This document shows, in pieces, positions 40,570 to 50,187 of a DNA stretch of 64,000 nucleotides. Position 1 is the stretch's first letter, and each line of letters starts with the position of its first letter. A program made the translations under genes and the position numbers. The DNA is from an uncultured bacterium. GTDB lineage: Bacteria > Patescibacteriota > Minisyncoccia > UBA6257 > 2-01-FULL-56-20. The DNA is taken from positions 578,172 to 642,171 of the forward strand of contig OY970358.1 in assembly GCA_963718575.1 (NCBI GenBank), written 5' to 3'. The notes under the pieces are model-generated. The model saw only the letters and a list, made by a program, of their open reading frames with translations. It ran no database searches and had not been told where the DNA came from.

Positions 40570-41100
40570 ATGAATATAAAAAAAACTGCCGCGAAGCTAC
40601 TGCTGATTCTCCTTATTGGATCTTCTGCGGCGTTGCCGATGGTTTCGTTCGCCGCTCAGAATCAAAGCGGCGGGGCTGTTTCATATTCCGCCCCCTCGCT
40701 TTGGCCCACCGGATTCTGGGGGCCGATAGTATGGTGCACGGGGGACTATCTTTCGGGTACGGGCAATAATCAGATAAACGGTCCCGGCGGCCAGCCGCCC
40801 GCGTGCAGCAATCTCTGTGACCTTGTCGGTACGTTCATCAATATTATTTATCTCGCGATGTCGATCGCAATTTTCATCATTGCGCCGATATCGGTTGCTG
40901 TGGGCGGAATCATGATCATGTTCTCCGGCGCAAACCCCGGGTTGCTCGAGCAGGGAAAGAAAGTCTTGACCGGCGCCGTCATCGGACTTGCGATCGTCCT
41001 GTGCTCGTACCTCATCGTGAACACCGTTTTGTGGGCATTCAATATCACCGCAATCGGAGGATTCAATGGCAACGCGTCCGCCTGTTCGATATCATCATGA
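40570..41100 (+). CDS. TrbC/VirB2-like pilin with Cys-containing N-terminal region
   Basis: Signal peptide; GGI.IMFSGANP....GKKVLTGAVIGLAIVL.SYLIV motif. Confidence 0.85.
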   Translation: MNIKKTAAKLLLILLIGSSAALPMVSFAAQNQSGGAVSYSAPSLWPTGFWGPIVWCTGDYLSGTGNNQINGPGGQPPACSNLCDLVGTFINIIYLAMSIAIFIIAPISVAVGGIMIMFSGANPGLLEQGKKVLTGAVIGLAIVLCSYLIVNTVLWAFNITAIGGFNGNASACSISS

Positions 41101-41981
41101 GATCTTTATTTAAAAGGAATAAAAACATATTTCTTTTCGTTCTTTCCTTAGCGCTTATTGTTTTTGCTTTACCCCTCGTACTTCCGGCACTATTTTCTCC
41201 TTCCTCCGCATCCGCGCAGACGCAGATTACGATTGCGACGAGCGTCCCCGGTACCTATGGTGCCGCCGCATCGGGGGGTGCGCCCGGAGCATTTGTCGCT
41301 GACTTCTATTGGTTCGCGTTGATCATCGGCGGGGTGATCGCGTTCGGAGTGGTCGTCTACGGCGGAATAAAATACATGACCTCTGCCGGAAATCCTTCCG
41401 GGCAAAGTGATGCAAAAGAATGGATCGAGGCGGCGATTTTGGGAATACTGTTACTTGCGGGCGTTTACTTTATATTGAGCGTCATCAATCCCCAGCTGCT
41501 CAACCTCAACCTGCCGGGACTTACGGCGGTGAATATTTCGAGCATCCCCGTGCCGGGAAATCCCGGTGGTGGTGGCAATAGCCCGACCACTCCGCCAACG
41601 GGTTGCGCGGGTGGAACATGCGTCACGCTTCCGAATTGCACGCAAACAAAAGCGACCACGGGTGCGGGAGCAATCAATTGCGGTGGCACGCCCGCCATCG
41701 CCGCAGTGTTGAATTGCGTCAACCAGGCTGACCCTAATTACACCGTGTCTGAAGGATATCCGCCGGCGGTGGATCATTCCGATCCTGGCCATAACACCGG
41801 ATGTGCGATCGATGTGCATGTAAGCAGTTGCGCCGCTGGCGCGGCATTCATGAGTGCCGCCCAGAGCTGTGGCGCCTCGAAAGTATTAAATGAGTATTCA
41901 AATTGCGGAGGAAATATTTATTCCCATACGACTGGCGGCAATATTCATATCGATGCCCCGAAAGGCCAAGGAGGCTGCTGA
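41097..41981 (+). CDS. Pilin fused to a Cys-rich, peptidase M15-like C-terminal domain
   Basis: YGGIKYMTSAGNPS...AKEWI..AILG...ILSVINP; C-terminal H-x6-D (HNTGCAID) and NIHID. Confidence 0.85.
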   Translation: MRSLFKRNKNIFLFVLSLALIVFALPLVLPALFSPSSASAQTQITIATSVPGTYGAAASGGAPGAFVADFYWFALIIGGVIAFGVVVYGGIKYMTSAGNPSGQSDAKEWIEAAILGILLLAGVYFILSVINPQLLNLNLPGLTAVNISSIPVPGNPGGGGNSPTTPPTGCAGGTCVTLPNCTQTKATTGAGAINCGGTPAIAAVLNCVNQADPNYTVSEGYPPAVDHSDPGHNTGCAIDVHVSSCAAGAAFMSAAQSCGASKVLNEYSNCGGNIYSHTTGGNIHIDAPKGQGGC

Positions 41982-41990
41982 TATAACCCC

Positions 41991-42512
41991 ATGAAAAAAA
42001 TTTTTATCATCTCTCTGCTCCTCTTTGTTGCCATTCTTGTGGGTATGATTTGCTTCTCTCGGATAAAAATATCTTCGGCTCAGACGGCAACGATAAGTAA
42101 CCCCGTACTTCCCGCAACTTCCATTCCTGATTATTTGGCCAACGCATCTGTAGTTTTTGGTAGTAATCCGACAGGGGCGACGCTCCAAATCGGCACTACA
42201 CAGGGGACGGTGACCATGAATAATTTTTATATCCCCGATCCCGCCGTGGATACGTCGCAATATATCGTCATAAAGTACACCCAAAATTATCTCTTCGATT
42301 ACGATCCGACCGACAGCAGTTTCTGGATCGGCGTGAGTGGGATTCCGTTCAGCGCCTGGCAAAGCACCGCCGAACAGGATTTTTTGACGACACTGGGGAT
42401 AAGCCAAGGAGACGCATGTAAATTGGACGTTGTGGAGGGCGTCATCTACGACCCGCAAAATCCCGACGACGGCCTGTCCTTCCCATTGAGTTTTTGTGAT
42501 ACGACGCAATAA
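41991..42512 (+). CDS. Secreted hypothetical protein within the pilin locus
   Basis: Signal or anchor peptide; AEQDFL..LGISQ.DACKL. Confidence 0.8.
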   Translation: MKKIFIISLLLFVAILVGMICFSRIKISSAQTATISNPVLPATSIPDYLANASVVFGSNPTGATLQIGTTQGTVTMNNFYIPDPAVDTSQYIVIKYTQNYLFDYDPTDSSFWIGVSGIPFSAWQSTAEQDFLTTLGISQGDACKLDVVEGVIYDPQNPDDGLSFPLSFCDTTQ

Positions 42513-42530
42513 GCGTCCGGATTTGGTATA

Positions 42531-42899
42531 ATGAATTCCATGATCAAGACGGTGAGAAAAAATGGGGTGATAGGAGGAACTGCCTTATACTCATTGTTCA
42601 TTTCCGGGATTGCTCATGCGCAATCCCAGTCCATCACGCTTACTGACCCGCTTGGGGGAAATGAGACGTTTTTGAGCGTAGCAACCGCCGTGGGGGGGTT
42701 CATTTTTTGGGACATTGCCATGCCATTTTCAATTATTATGGTGCTCGTCGGTGCGTTTCAATTGATGACATCAGCTGGCGAGCCGGAAAAGGTTTCTCAA
42801 GGCAGGAAGACGATCATGTATGCAGCGATCGGATTTGCCATTGCGCTCATTGCCGGCGGTATTACCAATATCATTAAAAGCTTCATCGGCGTCTCGTAA
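42531..42899 (+). CDS. TrbC/VirB2-like pilin
   Basis: DPLG, GAFQLMTSAGEPEKVSQGRKTIMYAAIG. Confidence 0.9.
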   Translation: MNSMIKTVRKNGVIGGTALYSLFISGIAHAQSQSITLTDPLGGNETFLSVATAVGGFIFWDIAMPFSIIMVLVGAFQLMTSAGEPEKVSQGRKTIMYAAIGFAIALIAGGITNIIKSFIGVS

Positions 42900-42973
42900 T
42901 TGGCTTTTAAATGAAAATATGGGATACTAAGCATAATAAATGGTCGAAATAAAACGTTAAATTTCCATTTGTC

Positions 42974-43387
42974 ATGAAGAAAATGAAAATGTGGCTGACG
43001 GAGCATCCTCTTTCAAAGATATTAGGGGCGCTTTCCCTGAATCTTCTGTTTGTTCGGTTTGCCAACGCGCAAACGTTGCCGCCACCGCCGTCTCCTGTTC
43101 AGAACAGTACGGGGCTCATGAACGTTCTTTGTTCTTTCATCGCCTATTTCTTCTGGATAGTGATTATCATCTCGGTCATTTTTGTCCTTTATGCAGCGTT
43201 TTCCTATGTGACTGCAGGTGATGATACAGAAAAGACTACAAAAGCTCGCAAGACGCTCACCTATGCGGCTATTGGCATTGCGGTGGCACTCCTTGCCACT
43301 ACATTTCCGACGATCGTTGGAAGTATCTTCCCGAATGCGACACTATCACTGAGCCCTGGCCAAGTCTGCACCGTCTTCGGCGGCTAA
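42974..43387 (+). CDS. TrbC/VirB2-like pilin
   Basis: AAFSYVTAGDDTEKTTKARKTLTYAAIG. Confidence 0.9.
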   Translation: MKKMKMWLTEHPLSKILGALSLNLLFVRFANAQTLPPPPSPVQNSTGLMNVLCSFIAYFFWIVIIISVIFVLYAAFSYVTAGDDTEKTTKARKTLTYAAIGIAVALLATTFPTIVGSIFPNATLSLSPGQVCTVFGG

Positions 43388-43469
43388 GGTTGTCACGATG
43401 GGGCGGGTGTGATATCTTAAAACAGTACCTTAGAAAGGTCGAATACCTCTATAAAATCCATTTAACGTC

Positions 43470-43862
43470 ATGAAAAAAGTAATCAATTTTGCAAAGGAAT
43501 TCAGCCCGTCGATCATCGCGTTGGTCATCCCCGCGATGGCATTCGCGCAGAACCTTCCTCAGCCGGTTCCGCCGTCTGGAGTGAATGTCCCTCAGGGGAA
43601 CATCACAAGCCTGCAGTCGGTGCTTCAGCTCCTCTGCACGGTCTTCGCATGGGCATTCTATTTCCTCATTGTGATCGCCGTCATCTTCGTCATTGTCGCG
43701 GCCTTCCGCTACCTCACTGCAGCCGGTGAGCCGGAGAAGGTGAAGGAAGCGGGAAACACGTTGCTCTATGCCGCGGTCGCGATCGGCGTCGCATTGTTGG
43801 CTCGTGCCGTCCCGCTCGTCATCGGAAGCTTCCTCGGCGCAAGCGGAGTGAGTTCGTGTTAG
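43470..43862 (+). CDS. TrbC/VirB2-like pilin (possible major subunit)
   Basis: AAFRYLTAAGEPEKVKEAGNTLLYAAVA; followed by a terminator at about 43885-43915. Confidence 0.9.
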   Translation: MKKVINFAKEFSPSIIALVIPAMAFAQNLPQPVPPSGVNVPQGNITSLQSVLQLLCTVFAWAFYFLIVIAVIFVIVAAFRYLTAAGEPEKVKEAGNTLLYAAVAIGVALLARAVPLVIGSFLGASGVSSC

Positions 43863-44005
43863 TGGAAAGTTAAACAGAAATATGCAAAAGGCCCCCGACA
43901 AGGGGTCTTTTGTTTTTTGCGCAGCAAGAAACTTTATCGAGAATTTTAAAAGATAAAAAAATCCCCCAGAGCCGAAGCTGCCGGGGGATAATGTACTACA
44001 AGGTG

Positions 44006-45130
44006 CTAGTTGATGTCGACCGGAATGTTTTGGAAGGAATACGCATGTGAGCGGGCATCCTCTCCTATCACATTGAGAGTGAAGGCAAGTTTCGTAGCTC
44101 CGGAGGTCCTACGAAATCTGAAAACAAAACCATTCTTGCTTCCGGGGATGAGCTTCCGGGCATTCCCTCCCCTCAGAAATTGGATCGATCCGTTGGAATC
44201 CCAGACATTAAATCCAACGCCGCGGTCATCTACGCCGGCACTGTCGCCAATGTAGACCAATGGGTTTTCCGACCCATCTTTGTTATTTTGGATGTATCCT
44301 TCGCAGTCAATCTCGTCTGATGCGATATACTTCGCAGCATACATCCGAATACGAAACGTTCCTTCATCGCCGGACATCGGCATGATTTCAATCCGTGGCG
44401 AGAGAGCCAGAAGATGCTTTTCCTGGGGGTCCGTTGTCGGTCGTGCCGTAGCCAGTGGTTGTTCGGTGTGCAGCGGATTACCTGTGTATGCAGGGCGAGC
44501 CGCGGAAGGTTTTCCTTGAAACGCCTTATCGGTTTGGTTCCCGTTGGATTGTGCAAATACATTCTTGAGGTGAAGATTTTTTCTCCCTCCCAAGCAACAT
44601 ATCAGCATAATTACACAGCCCAGTGCAACGAGCGCTCGAACGGTTTTTTTACTGGTTTCAACGAAGCAGAAAATTGCTGCGACGATGGGAACAAGCAGAA
44701 AAGCAAGGCGGCGATCGTTTGCGACTGGCACCAGGCTAAGAATAATGCCCGCGACCAGTTCGAGACCAAGGATGAATCGGATGATATTCGTTGCCCTCCG
44801 AGCCTCGGCGACGAATTTTCCAAGAAGTCGATTACTCTTTGAAAACGCTACTTCTCCGACCAGGACTGAAAGTGGGCCGAGGCCGGTGATAAGCCAGAGG
44901 AAGATAAGAAGGGGAACAATGGTTGCGATGGGTACCGCGTATTGCGCAAATTTGTACCCTGGCATTGCAGCGAGCAGTAAGACGAATGGCCATATGAAGG
45001 CCAGCCTTGCCGCAGTTCTGAGGCGTCGCATGACGATCCGAATTGCTCGGATGGTCTGACCGCCGACCACTCTGATGAGTTCGGCGGCAAGCTCGCCCAT
45101 ATCATTGAACATTCCGAACAACTCGTTCAT
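44006..45130 (-). CDS. Orphan multi-TM protein with a beta-rich C-terminal domain
   Basis: About 5 TM helices, linker, beta-rich tail; ATGA-coupled to the upstream gene. Confidence 0.75.
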   Translation of the reverse strand: MNELFGMFNDMGELAAELIRVVGGQTIRAIRIVMRRLRTAARLAFIWPFVLLLAAMPGYKFAQYAVPIATIVPLLIFLWLITGLGPLSVLVGEVAFSKSNRLLGKFVAEARRATNIIRFILGLELVAGIILSLVPVANDRRLAFLLVPIVAAIFCFVETSKKTVRALVALGCVIMLICCLGGRKNLHLKNVFAQSNGNQTDKAFQGKPSAARPAYTGNPLHTEQPLATARPTTDPQEKHLLALSPRIEIMPMSGDEGTFRIRMYAAKYIASDEIDCEGYIQNNKDGSENPLVYIGDSAGVDDRGVGFNVWDSNGSIQFLRGGNARKLIPGSKNGFVFRFRRTSGATKLAFTLNVIGEDARSHAYSFQNIPVDIN

Positions 45131-45735
45131 GAGATCCTCCTAAGTGCGTCGGTAAGACTGCGGATGGATGGGCGAACCATGCCTGCTGCAGTGTTGATGT
45201 TTATAGCAACTCTTTTGAGAGAAGCTTCAACGGTTTCGCGTATCGCGCGGAGGTCATCGTCAATGATGTTTTCTCCTGCTCTCATCCGTTCGGCGATCTT
45301 GATCACATATTGCATCGCGTTATCGTGCCGCAGGATACCCATTGTGGCGATGAATTCCTCGTACGTTGGGAGACTTCCAAGTCCTCGAAGTACTGTTGTT
45401 CTTGGACCTTGTTGGAGTTGGTTGAGGAGATTTACGATGTCCCCCTCGGTGATGATCCCAGTGGCCGTCTCGCATTCTGCGCGAATAAGCCATTGACGGA
45501 TGTTCTCCGCCGCCGCGCTATCTTTCGCGTCCGCAGAGAGTCGCATAGCCATAAGATCGCGCATGAGCGCCGGCCGTCCGGTGTCGCTGACGAGGTCTTT
45601 TGCCTTTTTTACCACTGCGGTCTGGACGTGATTCCTCAGCGCCTCGATGAGTGAGTTGAAACCTACGGTTCCAGCAACACCAGCGAGCGCGCTGAAAATC
45701 ACTTCCCACATCGTTTTTTCCTTCTCATCGGCCAT
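45127..45735 (-). CDS. Orphan helical protein
   Basis: AAAGGAGG SD; TTGACA-17-TAGAAT promoter at about 45804-45832. Confidence 0.75.
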   Translation of the reverse strand: MADEKEKTMWEVIFSALAGVAGTVGFNSLIEALRNHVQTAVVKKAKDLVSDTGRPALMRDLMAMRLSADAKDSAAAENIRQWLIRAECETATGIITEGDIVNLLNQLQQGPRTTVLRGLGSLPTYEEFIATMGILRHDNAMQYVIKIAERMRAGENIIDDDLRAIRETVEASLKRVAININTAAGMVRPSIRSLTDALRRIS

Positions 45736-45887
45736 GGCGGCCTCCTTTTCTGGTGATCTGGATCTGTTTTTTTTGTTAAATTGTTGCGCTTGCTACTAGG
45801 AATATTCTAGCATTATATTATATATTTGTCAAATAACATAAAAGCCCAGTTTTATGGGCTTTTATGGCACGCGCCTACTTAATACTT

Positions 45888-46190
45888 TTATATCCCCCTC
45901 TTTATCCTCTCCAATTCTGCCTGTTTTTCACCCTCTTTTTTAAAGGTTGACATAGTGTGGGCGGTTTTCAACCCCTCGTTCTTCAACGCGGCAATTAGCG
46001 CAGAGCCATCGGCCTGCTTGGTAATAGCTTCTTCCACAAAAGCAGCGATAATCGCATTTTTACTCTCCTCGGGAAATTCCTTAAGGTGTTCAAGCAGAAA
46101 CTTGCGCGCCTTTTCTTCGTCGCCCTTGTCGATAATGGCGAAAAACTGATCTATGAGGTGTGCCGGTATTGTATTGTCCATAACTATCAA
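45888..46190 (-). CDS. Hypothetical protein
   Basis: Coupled to the upstream coiled-coil gene. Confidence 0.7.
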   Translation of the reverse strand: MIVMDNTIPAHLIDQFFAIIDKGDEEKARKFLLEHLKEFPEESKNAIIAAFVEEAITKQADGSALIAALKNEGLKTAHTMSTFKKEGEKQAELERIKRGI

Positions 46191-47260
46191 CTCTTCATAA
46201 TTTGCTCAATCTTTGAAGAAAAAAGAGAAGCGAGGATGGATGCCCAAAACCCCTTCTTGCCTTTCAGTTTATCCTGTGTGTACGCTTTAGAAAATCCGTG
46301 CAGGGCCTCATCGTCGTTCATCTCTTGGTGGCCCCTCCGATATACATCGAATGCGCTATTTAATTCCTCCTTGCTGGCTTTTGTTTGTAGTATTGAATTT
46401 CGTACCTCTTTCATTTCTGCAAAGGACATATTTGGCTCCGATTTCTCGGGGCTATCCTTCTTAAGATCTGCGACTAAGGATTCTTTAATTAAAGGATTCT
46501 CCATCATGGTAAGTTGAAGGAGTGAGCCGACGTCTTTCATATCGGCCTCATAACGCTCCCAATATTCTTCAATATCTCGCGCATTATCAAGAGATTGTTG
46601 ATGGACTTCATTCTCTTGCTTCTTTCTGCGCGTGGCTATTTTTTGCCAAAGACTATATTGGCTGCGGGCTAGCTTGACGATCTTCTCCGGATCGCCGGTT
46701 TGTAATAATTCGAGGTATTCACCCTCCGCAATGCCGTTTTCCTTACACCATTTTTTTATATCCTCATCTTCTTCGTCCAGCTTTTTCTTGCTCTCTGCCA
46801 TTTGCTGGAGGGCATCTTCAAGATCAATGAACCGCTGGCGCTCGGTTATGGCCGCGCGCGGAAGGTGTTTGGAGAGCGCGGCTTTGATCCCGTCACGACC
46901 GACCATCCCGGCAATCGTTTGCAGTTCCGGCGATGATGCTACGAGTTTTGTGAGGGTATTCGCATCGAGAGATTCTGTGATTGATTTAGATCGGTCGAGG
47001 ATTTCAAGAAACCCCTTCCTTTTCTCTTCAAGTGCTGCAAAATCGTTGCTATCGACCTCAAGCCTGGGTCCGGCGAGTTTGCTCCCAAGATCTTTTACTC
47101 CCTCTGTCTCGAGATATTCTCCAAAAAGATCCTGCTGTTCCTTGTTTGCAAGGATTTCCTTTAGGGTCGGCCCTTCAATCTCTTTTTTGGATTCATCTTT
47201 TTCCCCAAAATTCTCACGCCGATCTTTCTGGTGTTGTGCGTACTTTTCCGTAATGGACAT
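46187..47260 (-). CDS. Charged coiled-coil hypothetical protein
   Basis: 357-aa E/K-rich ORF with an amphipathic C-terminus. Confidence 0.8.
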   Translation of the reverse strand: MSITEKYAQHQKDRRENFGEKDESKKEIEGPTLKEILANKEQQDLFGEYLETEGVKDLGSKLAGPRLEVDSNDFAALEEKRKGFLEILDRSKSITESLDANTLTKLVASSPELQTIAGMVGRDGIKAALSKHLPRAAITERQRFIDLEDALQQMAESKKKLDEEDEDIKKWCKENGIAEGEYLELLQTGDPEKIVKLARSQYSLWQKIATRRKKQENEVHQQSLDNARDIEEYWERYEADMKDVGSLLQLTMMENPLIKESLVADLKKDSPEKSEPNMSFAEMKEVRNSILQTKASKEELNSAFDVYRRGHQEMNDDEALHGFSKAYTQDKLKGKKGFWASILASLFSSKIEQIMKS

Positions 47261-47337
47261 TACGATTAATATATAGATATATTCCGCTTTTGTCCAATTT
47301 CTCCAAAAGGTATTATGATGGAGGGGTTATAGTTAGC

Positions 47338-47418
47338 GCCCAGGTGGTGAAATGGCATACACGTCAGCTTTAGGAGCTGATGCCGAAAGGCGTGGAGGTT
47401 CAAGTCCTCTCCTGGGCA
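47338..47418 (+). tRNA. tRNA-Leu(TAG)
   Basis: GCCCAGG/CCTGGGC acceptor stem, TCAGC-TTTAGGA-GCTGA anticodon arm, variable arm GCCGAAAGGC, GGTTCAAGTCC. Confidence 0.97.
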
Positions 47419-47504
47419 CACTTTACAACGATATTTCTATGGGTTATAATATTGCTAGTGATGTTGGGAGATACATCTCAACACTTACAGAAGGGAAGTG
47501 TGAT

Positions 47505-47702
47505 ATGGGTTTAGATGTGAACAGTAAACAAGTACCGGTAGTAACCGTGAACTTCCCGCCTATGCCAATTTTTTCGGACTTTAAACAAATTGGACCTGAC
47601 GGAGAGCCTTTGATATTACTTCAGAACATCAATTACTCTAAGGCGCTTGAGGCGTGGAAGGAGGCTTGCGCAACAATGTCGCGGGCTATCAATCTTAAGT
47701 AA
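47505..47702 (+). CDS. Small orphan protein (65 aa)
   Basis: Purine-rich RBS before ATG 47505, TATAAT upstream, terminator at about 47735-47772. Confidence 0.5.
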   Translation: MGLDVNSKQVPVVTVNFPPMPIFSDFKQIGPDGEPLILLQNINYSKALEAWKEACATMSRAINLK

Positions 47703-47786
47703 TGAGGGAGTTAGGTCTCTCGGCGTTACAGTAAAAAGCCGACCACCGCAAGCGCGTGGTCGGTTCTTTTTTATGTGACTAGAAAA

Positions 47787-48710
47787 CTATCCCTCCTCTT
47801 TCCTCCTCGCTCCATGGAATGCCTTGTGCACATCCCGCAACTGATTGTTGGTGAGGTGCGTGTAGACTTGCGTCGTTGAGATATTCGCATGGCCGAGGAG
47901 CTCCTGCACGGAGCGGATATCTGCGCCGTTTACGAGGAGATCGGTAGCGAAGCTATGGCGCAGAAGATGCGCGTGGATGTGATTGGGAATGCCGGCTTGC
48001 GTGGCGCGCGCGGCGACGAGGCGCTGGACGGCGCGTGGGGTGATGGGGCCGATCACTTTGCCCACGCGATCGAGGCTGACGAATAACTTCTCTTCCGCGT
48101 CGCCGCGTCGCGCCATGTAAGCTTTGACCGCATCGCGCGCGGAGTCGGAGATGAACACGACGCGCAGCTTATCTCCCTTGCCGCGCACAGAGAGCTCGCC
48201 GCGTTTGAGATCGATGCCGCGCGGGAGCGCGCAAAGCTCGGCCAATCGCAGTCCGGTGGAGAAGAACATCTCTAAAATGGCTTTGTCGCGCAGATCGCGG
48301 AGCGAGTCGCCCTTCGGCGCGGCGAGCAGGCGCTCGAGGTCGCCGTACTCGAGCGTATCGATCTGCCGCCCCGGCACTTTGGGCAGCTCAATCTTGTCCG
48401 CCGATAAAGTTTTAATATCCCGCTTCGCCATATATTTCAAAAAGTTGCGCAGGGCGATCGCGTAATATCCCTGCGTCACGCGCTTCATGTCGCGCCGCGC
48501 GAGCGCCACGCGAAACTCGCGCACCACATCATCCGTGATCTCGGCAGGGGAGGAGATCTTTGCAAACTTCAAAAATTCCAAGATATAATGTTTATAGTTC
48601 TCGCTCGTCCGCGGTGACCGGTTTTTTTCGATCTCGAGGTAATTCAAATAATCCTGGAGCAAGCGTTCGATTTCGGTGCGCGGTTTTTCTTTTTTTGTTT
48701 CTGCCATCAT
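47787..48710 (-). CDS. xerC: XerC/XerD-type tyrosine recombinase
   Basis: STGLRLAEL, GKGDK.R, HLLRHSFATDLL, LLGHANISTTQVYTH. Confidence 0.9.
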   Translation of the reverse strand: MMAETKKEKPRTEIERLLQDYLNYLEIEKNRSPRTSENYKHYILEFLKFAKISSPAEITDDVVREFRVALARRDMKRVTQGYYAIALRNFLKYMAKRDIKTLSADKIELPKVPGRQIDTLEYGDLERLLAAPKGDSLRDLRDKAILEMFFSTGLRLAELCALPRGIDLKRGELSVRGKGDKLRVVFISDSARDAVKAYMARRGDAEEKLFVSLDRVGKVIGPITPRAVQRLVAARATQAGIPNHIHAHLLRHSFATDLLVNGADIRSVQELLGHANISTTQVYTHLTNNQLRDVHKAFHGARRKEEG

Positions 48711-48804
48711 TTCATTATACGCTTATGTGTCGCAAAACGCGGATATTGACAAGATTAGTAATTATATAGTATAATATTTGACAGAACAATGATGGAGGTT
48801 CGCC

Positions 48805-48993
48805 GTGAACGGATCATTGAAATCTATCGTCAGCAGTGGTTTGTACTGGGTTGAAGGTGCTTGCGATGTCGTCAGCCTCGGAGTTGAAATAACATTCCGC
48901 GAGCTGGGATTTTTCACCAAGGCCATCAAGGATGGTTTTTCCCCCGCAAGGATGCCATTGACAGTGCGGGGAGGCATAGGACAAACTAAGTAA
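48805..48993 (+). CDS. Small orphan protein (62 aa)
   Basis: GGAGG SD 6 nt before GTG; TTGACA-18-TATAAT promoter at 48746-48775. Confidence 0.5.
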   Translation: MNGSLKSIVSSGLYWVEGACDVVSLGVEITFRELGFFTKAIKDGFSPARMPLTVRGGIGQTK

Positions 48994-49014
48994 GGAGCAT
49001 TTGGAGGTCTACGC

Positions 49015-49134
49015 ATGAAGAAGGTATTGCAATCGGTCGGCAGATGGACCTTGGTTTCCATCTGCGCCATCGGATCTTTTTTTGAAGCAGGTTTCGTCAC
49101 CGGACGTAACCTGGTTGGCTTGCGCGATGAGTAA
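49015..49134 (+). CDS. Small hydrophobic peptide (39 aa)
   Basis: GGAGG SD; MKKVLQSVGRWTLVSICAIGSFFEAGFVTGRNLVGLRDE; terminator at 49155-49189. Confidence 0.5.
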   Translation: MKKVLQSVGRWTLVSICAIGSFFEAGFVTGRNLVGLRDE

Positions 49135-49231
49135 CGGGCATTCGCCCCCACAGCAACCGTCACCCCTCATAAAGGGTGACGGTTTTTTCATCCCTTGCTA
49201 AATATTAAATATTGATGTATCATAACCAATA

Positions 49232-49498
49232 ATGCTTACTAAACGAGTGAAGTCCCGCATCGTCGGGGAAAATAAGAAACACGACAAAGACACCGGCTCT
49301 GCCCAGGTGCAGATTGCGATGACCTCCCGCCAGATCGACGAATTGGCCGCGCACCTCAAGAAGAACCCGAAGGACAATCATTCCCGCCGCGGTCTTTTGA
49401 AGATGGTCTCCAAGCGCAGGAAACTCCTTGCGTACATGAAGAAGAACGAGCCTTCTCTGTACGAAAAACTGATCAAGAAGCTCGATCTTAAAAAATAA
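49232..49498 (+). CDS. rpsO: 30S ribosomal protein S15
   Basis: DTGSAQVQIA, KDNHSRRGLLKMVSKRRKLL.Y. Confidence 0.98.
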   Translation: MLTKRVKSRIVGENKKHDKDTGSAQVQIAMTSRQIDELAAHLKKNPKDNHSRRGLLKMVSKRRKLLAYMKKNEPSLYEKLIKKLDLKK

Positions 49499-50175
49499 TG
49501 AAGCCAGGAACAAACTATTCCAACCAGCGGGTTGGGATTTTTGTTGATGTGTCGAATCTGTACCACTCAGCAAAAAATCTTTATCAGGGGCGCGTGAACT
49601 ACGCGGAGCTCATCAAGCATCTCGTGGGCGGGCGTCAGCTCATCCGCGCGATGGCGTACGTGGTGCGCAGTGAGGGCGTGGAGCCGCAGCAGCCGCGCGG
49701 ACATCAGCGCATGGCGGAGGCGGATCAGGCGGCGGCGGTATCGCTCGCGCCGGGATCGCCGACGTTGAACGGCGGAGAGAATGGCAATGGGGGTGCATCT
49801 TCCGAATCCAGCTTCTTTGAAGCGCTTGAAAAGGCGGGGCTTGAACTGCGCATGAAAGATCTGCAGATCTACGCCGGCGGTATGAAGAAGGGCGATTGGG
49901 ATGTCGGCCTCACGGTGGATGTGATTCGCATGATGCCATTTTTGGACGTTATTATTTTGGTGACAGGCGATGGCGATTACATCCCGTTGATCAATTATGT
50001 AAAATGGGGTGGCGGGCGAGTGGTCGAGGTCGCCGCGTTCAGACGGAGCGCATCAACAAAGATAGTGGAAGCCGCGGACGAGTTCGTGAATATCGAGACC
50101 GTCCCGCGCGCGATCATGAAGCCGAGCTTCGTGCGTGGCAGGGGGAAGCGGCCGCCGCAGTCGGACAATCATTAA
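49498..50175 (+). CDS. NYN-domain (LabA/DUF88) protein
   Basis: IFVDVSNLYH, KGDWDVG, TGDGDY, ADEF. Confidence 0.92.
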   Translation: MKPGTNYSNQRVGIFVDVSNLYHSAKNLYQGRVNYAELIKHLVGGRQLIRAMAYVVRSEGVEPQQPRGHQRMAEADQAAAVSLAPGSPTLNGGENGNGGASSESSFFEALEKAGLELRMKDLQIYAGGMKKGDWDVGLTVDVIRMMPFLDVIILVTGDGDYIPLINYVKWGGGRVVEVAAFRRSASTKIVEAADEFVNIETVPRAIMKPSFVRGRGKRPPQSDNH

Positions 50176-50187
50176 AAATAATTAACT

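Noticed and set aside
45800-45835. dif-like site (…TTTGTCAAAT) near xer
   Set aside because: Better explained as the TTGACA-17-TAGAAT promoter of the gene starting at 45735; the left arm does not match dif.
44006-48710. Tyrosine-integrase island at tRNA-Leu(TAG)
   Set aside because: The recombinase looks like a housekeeping XerC/D, and no duplicated tRNA 3' end (att) was found.
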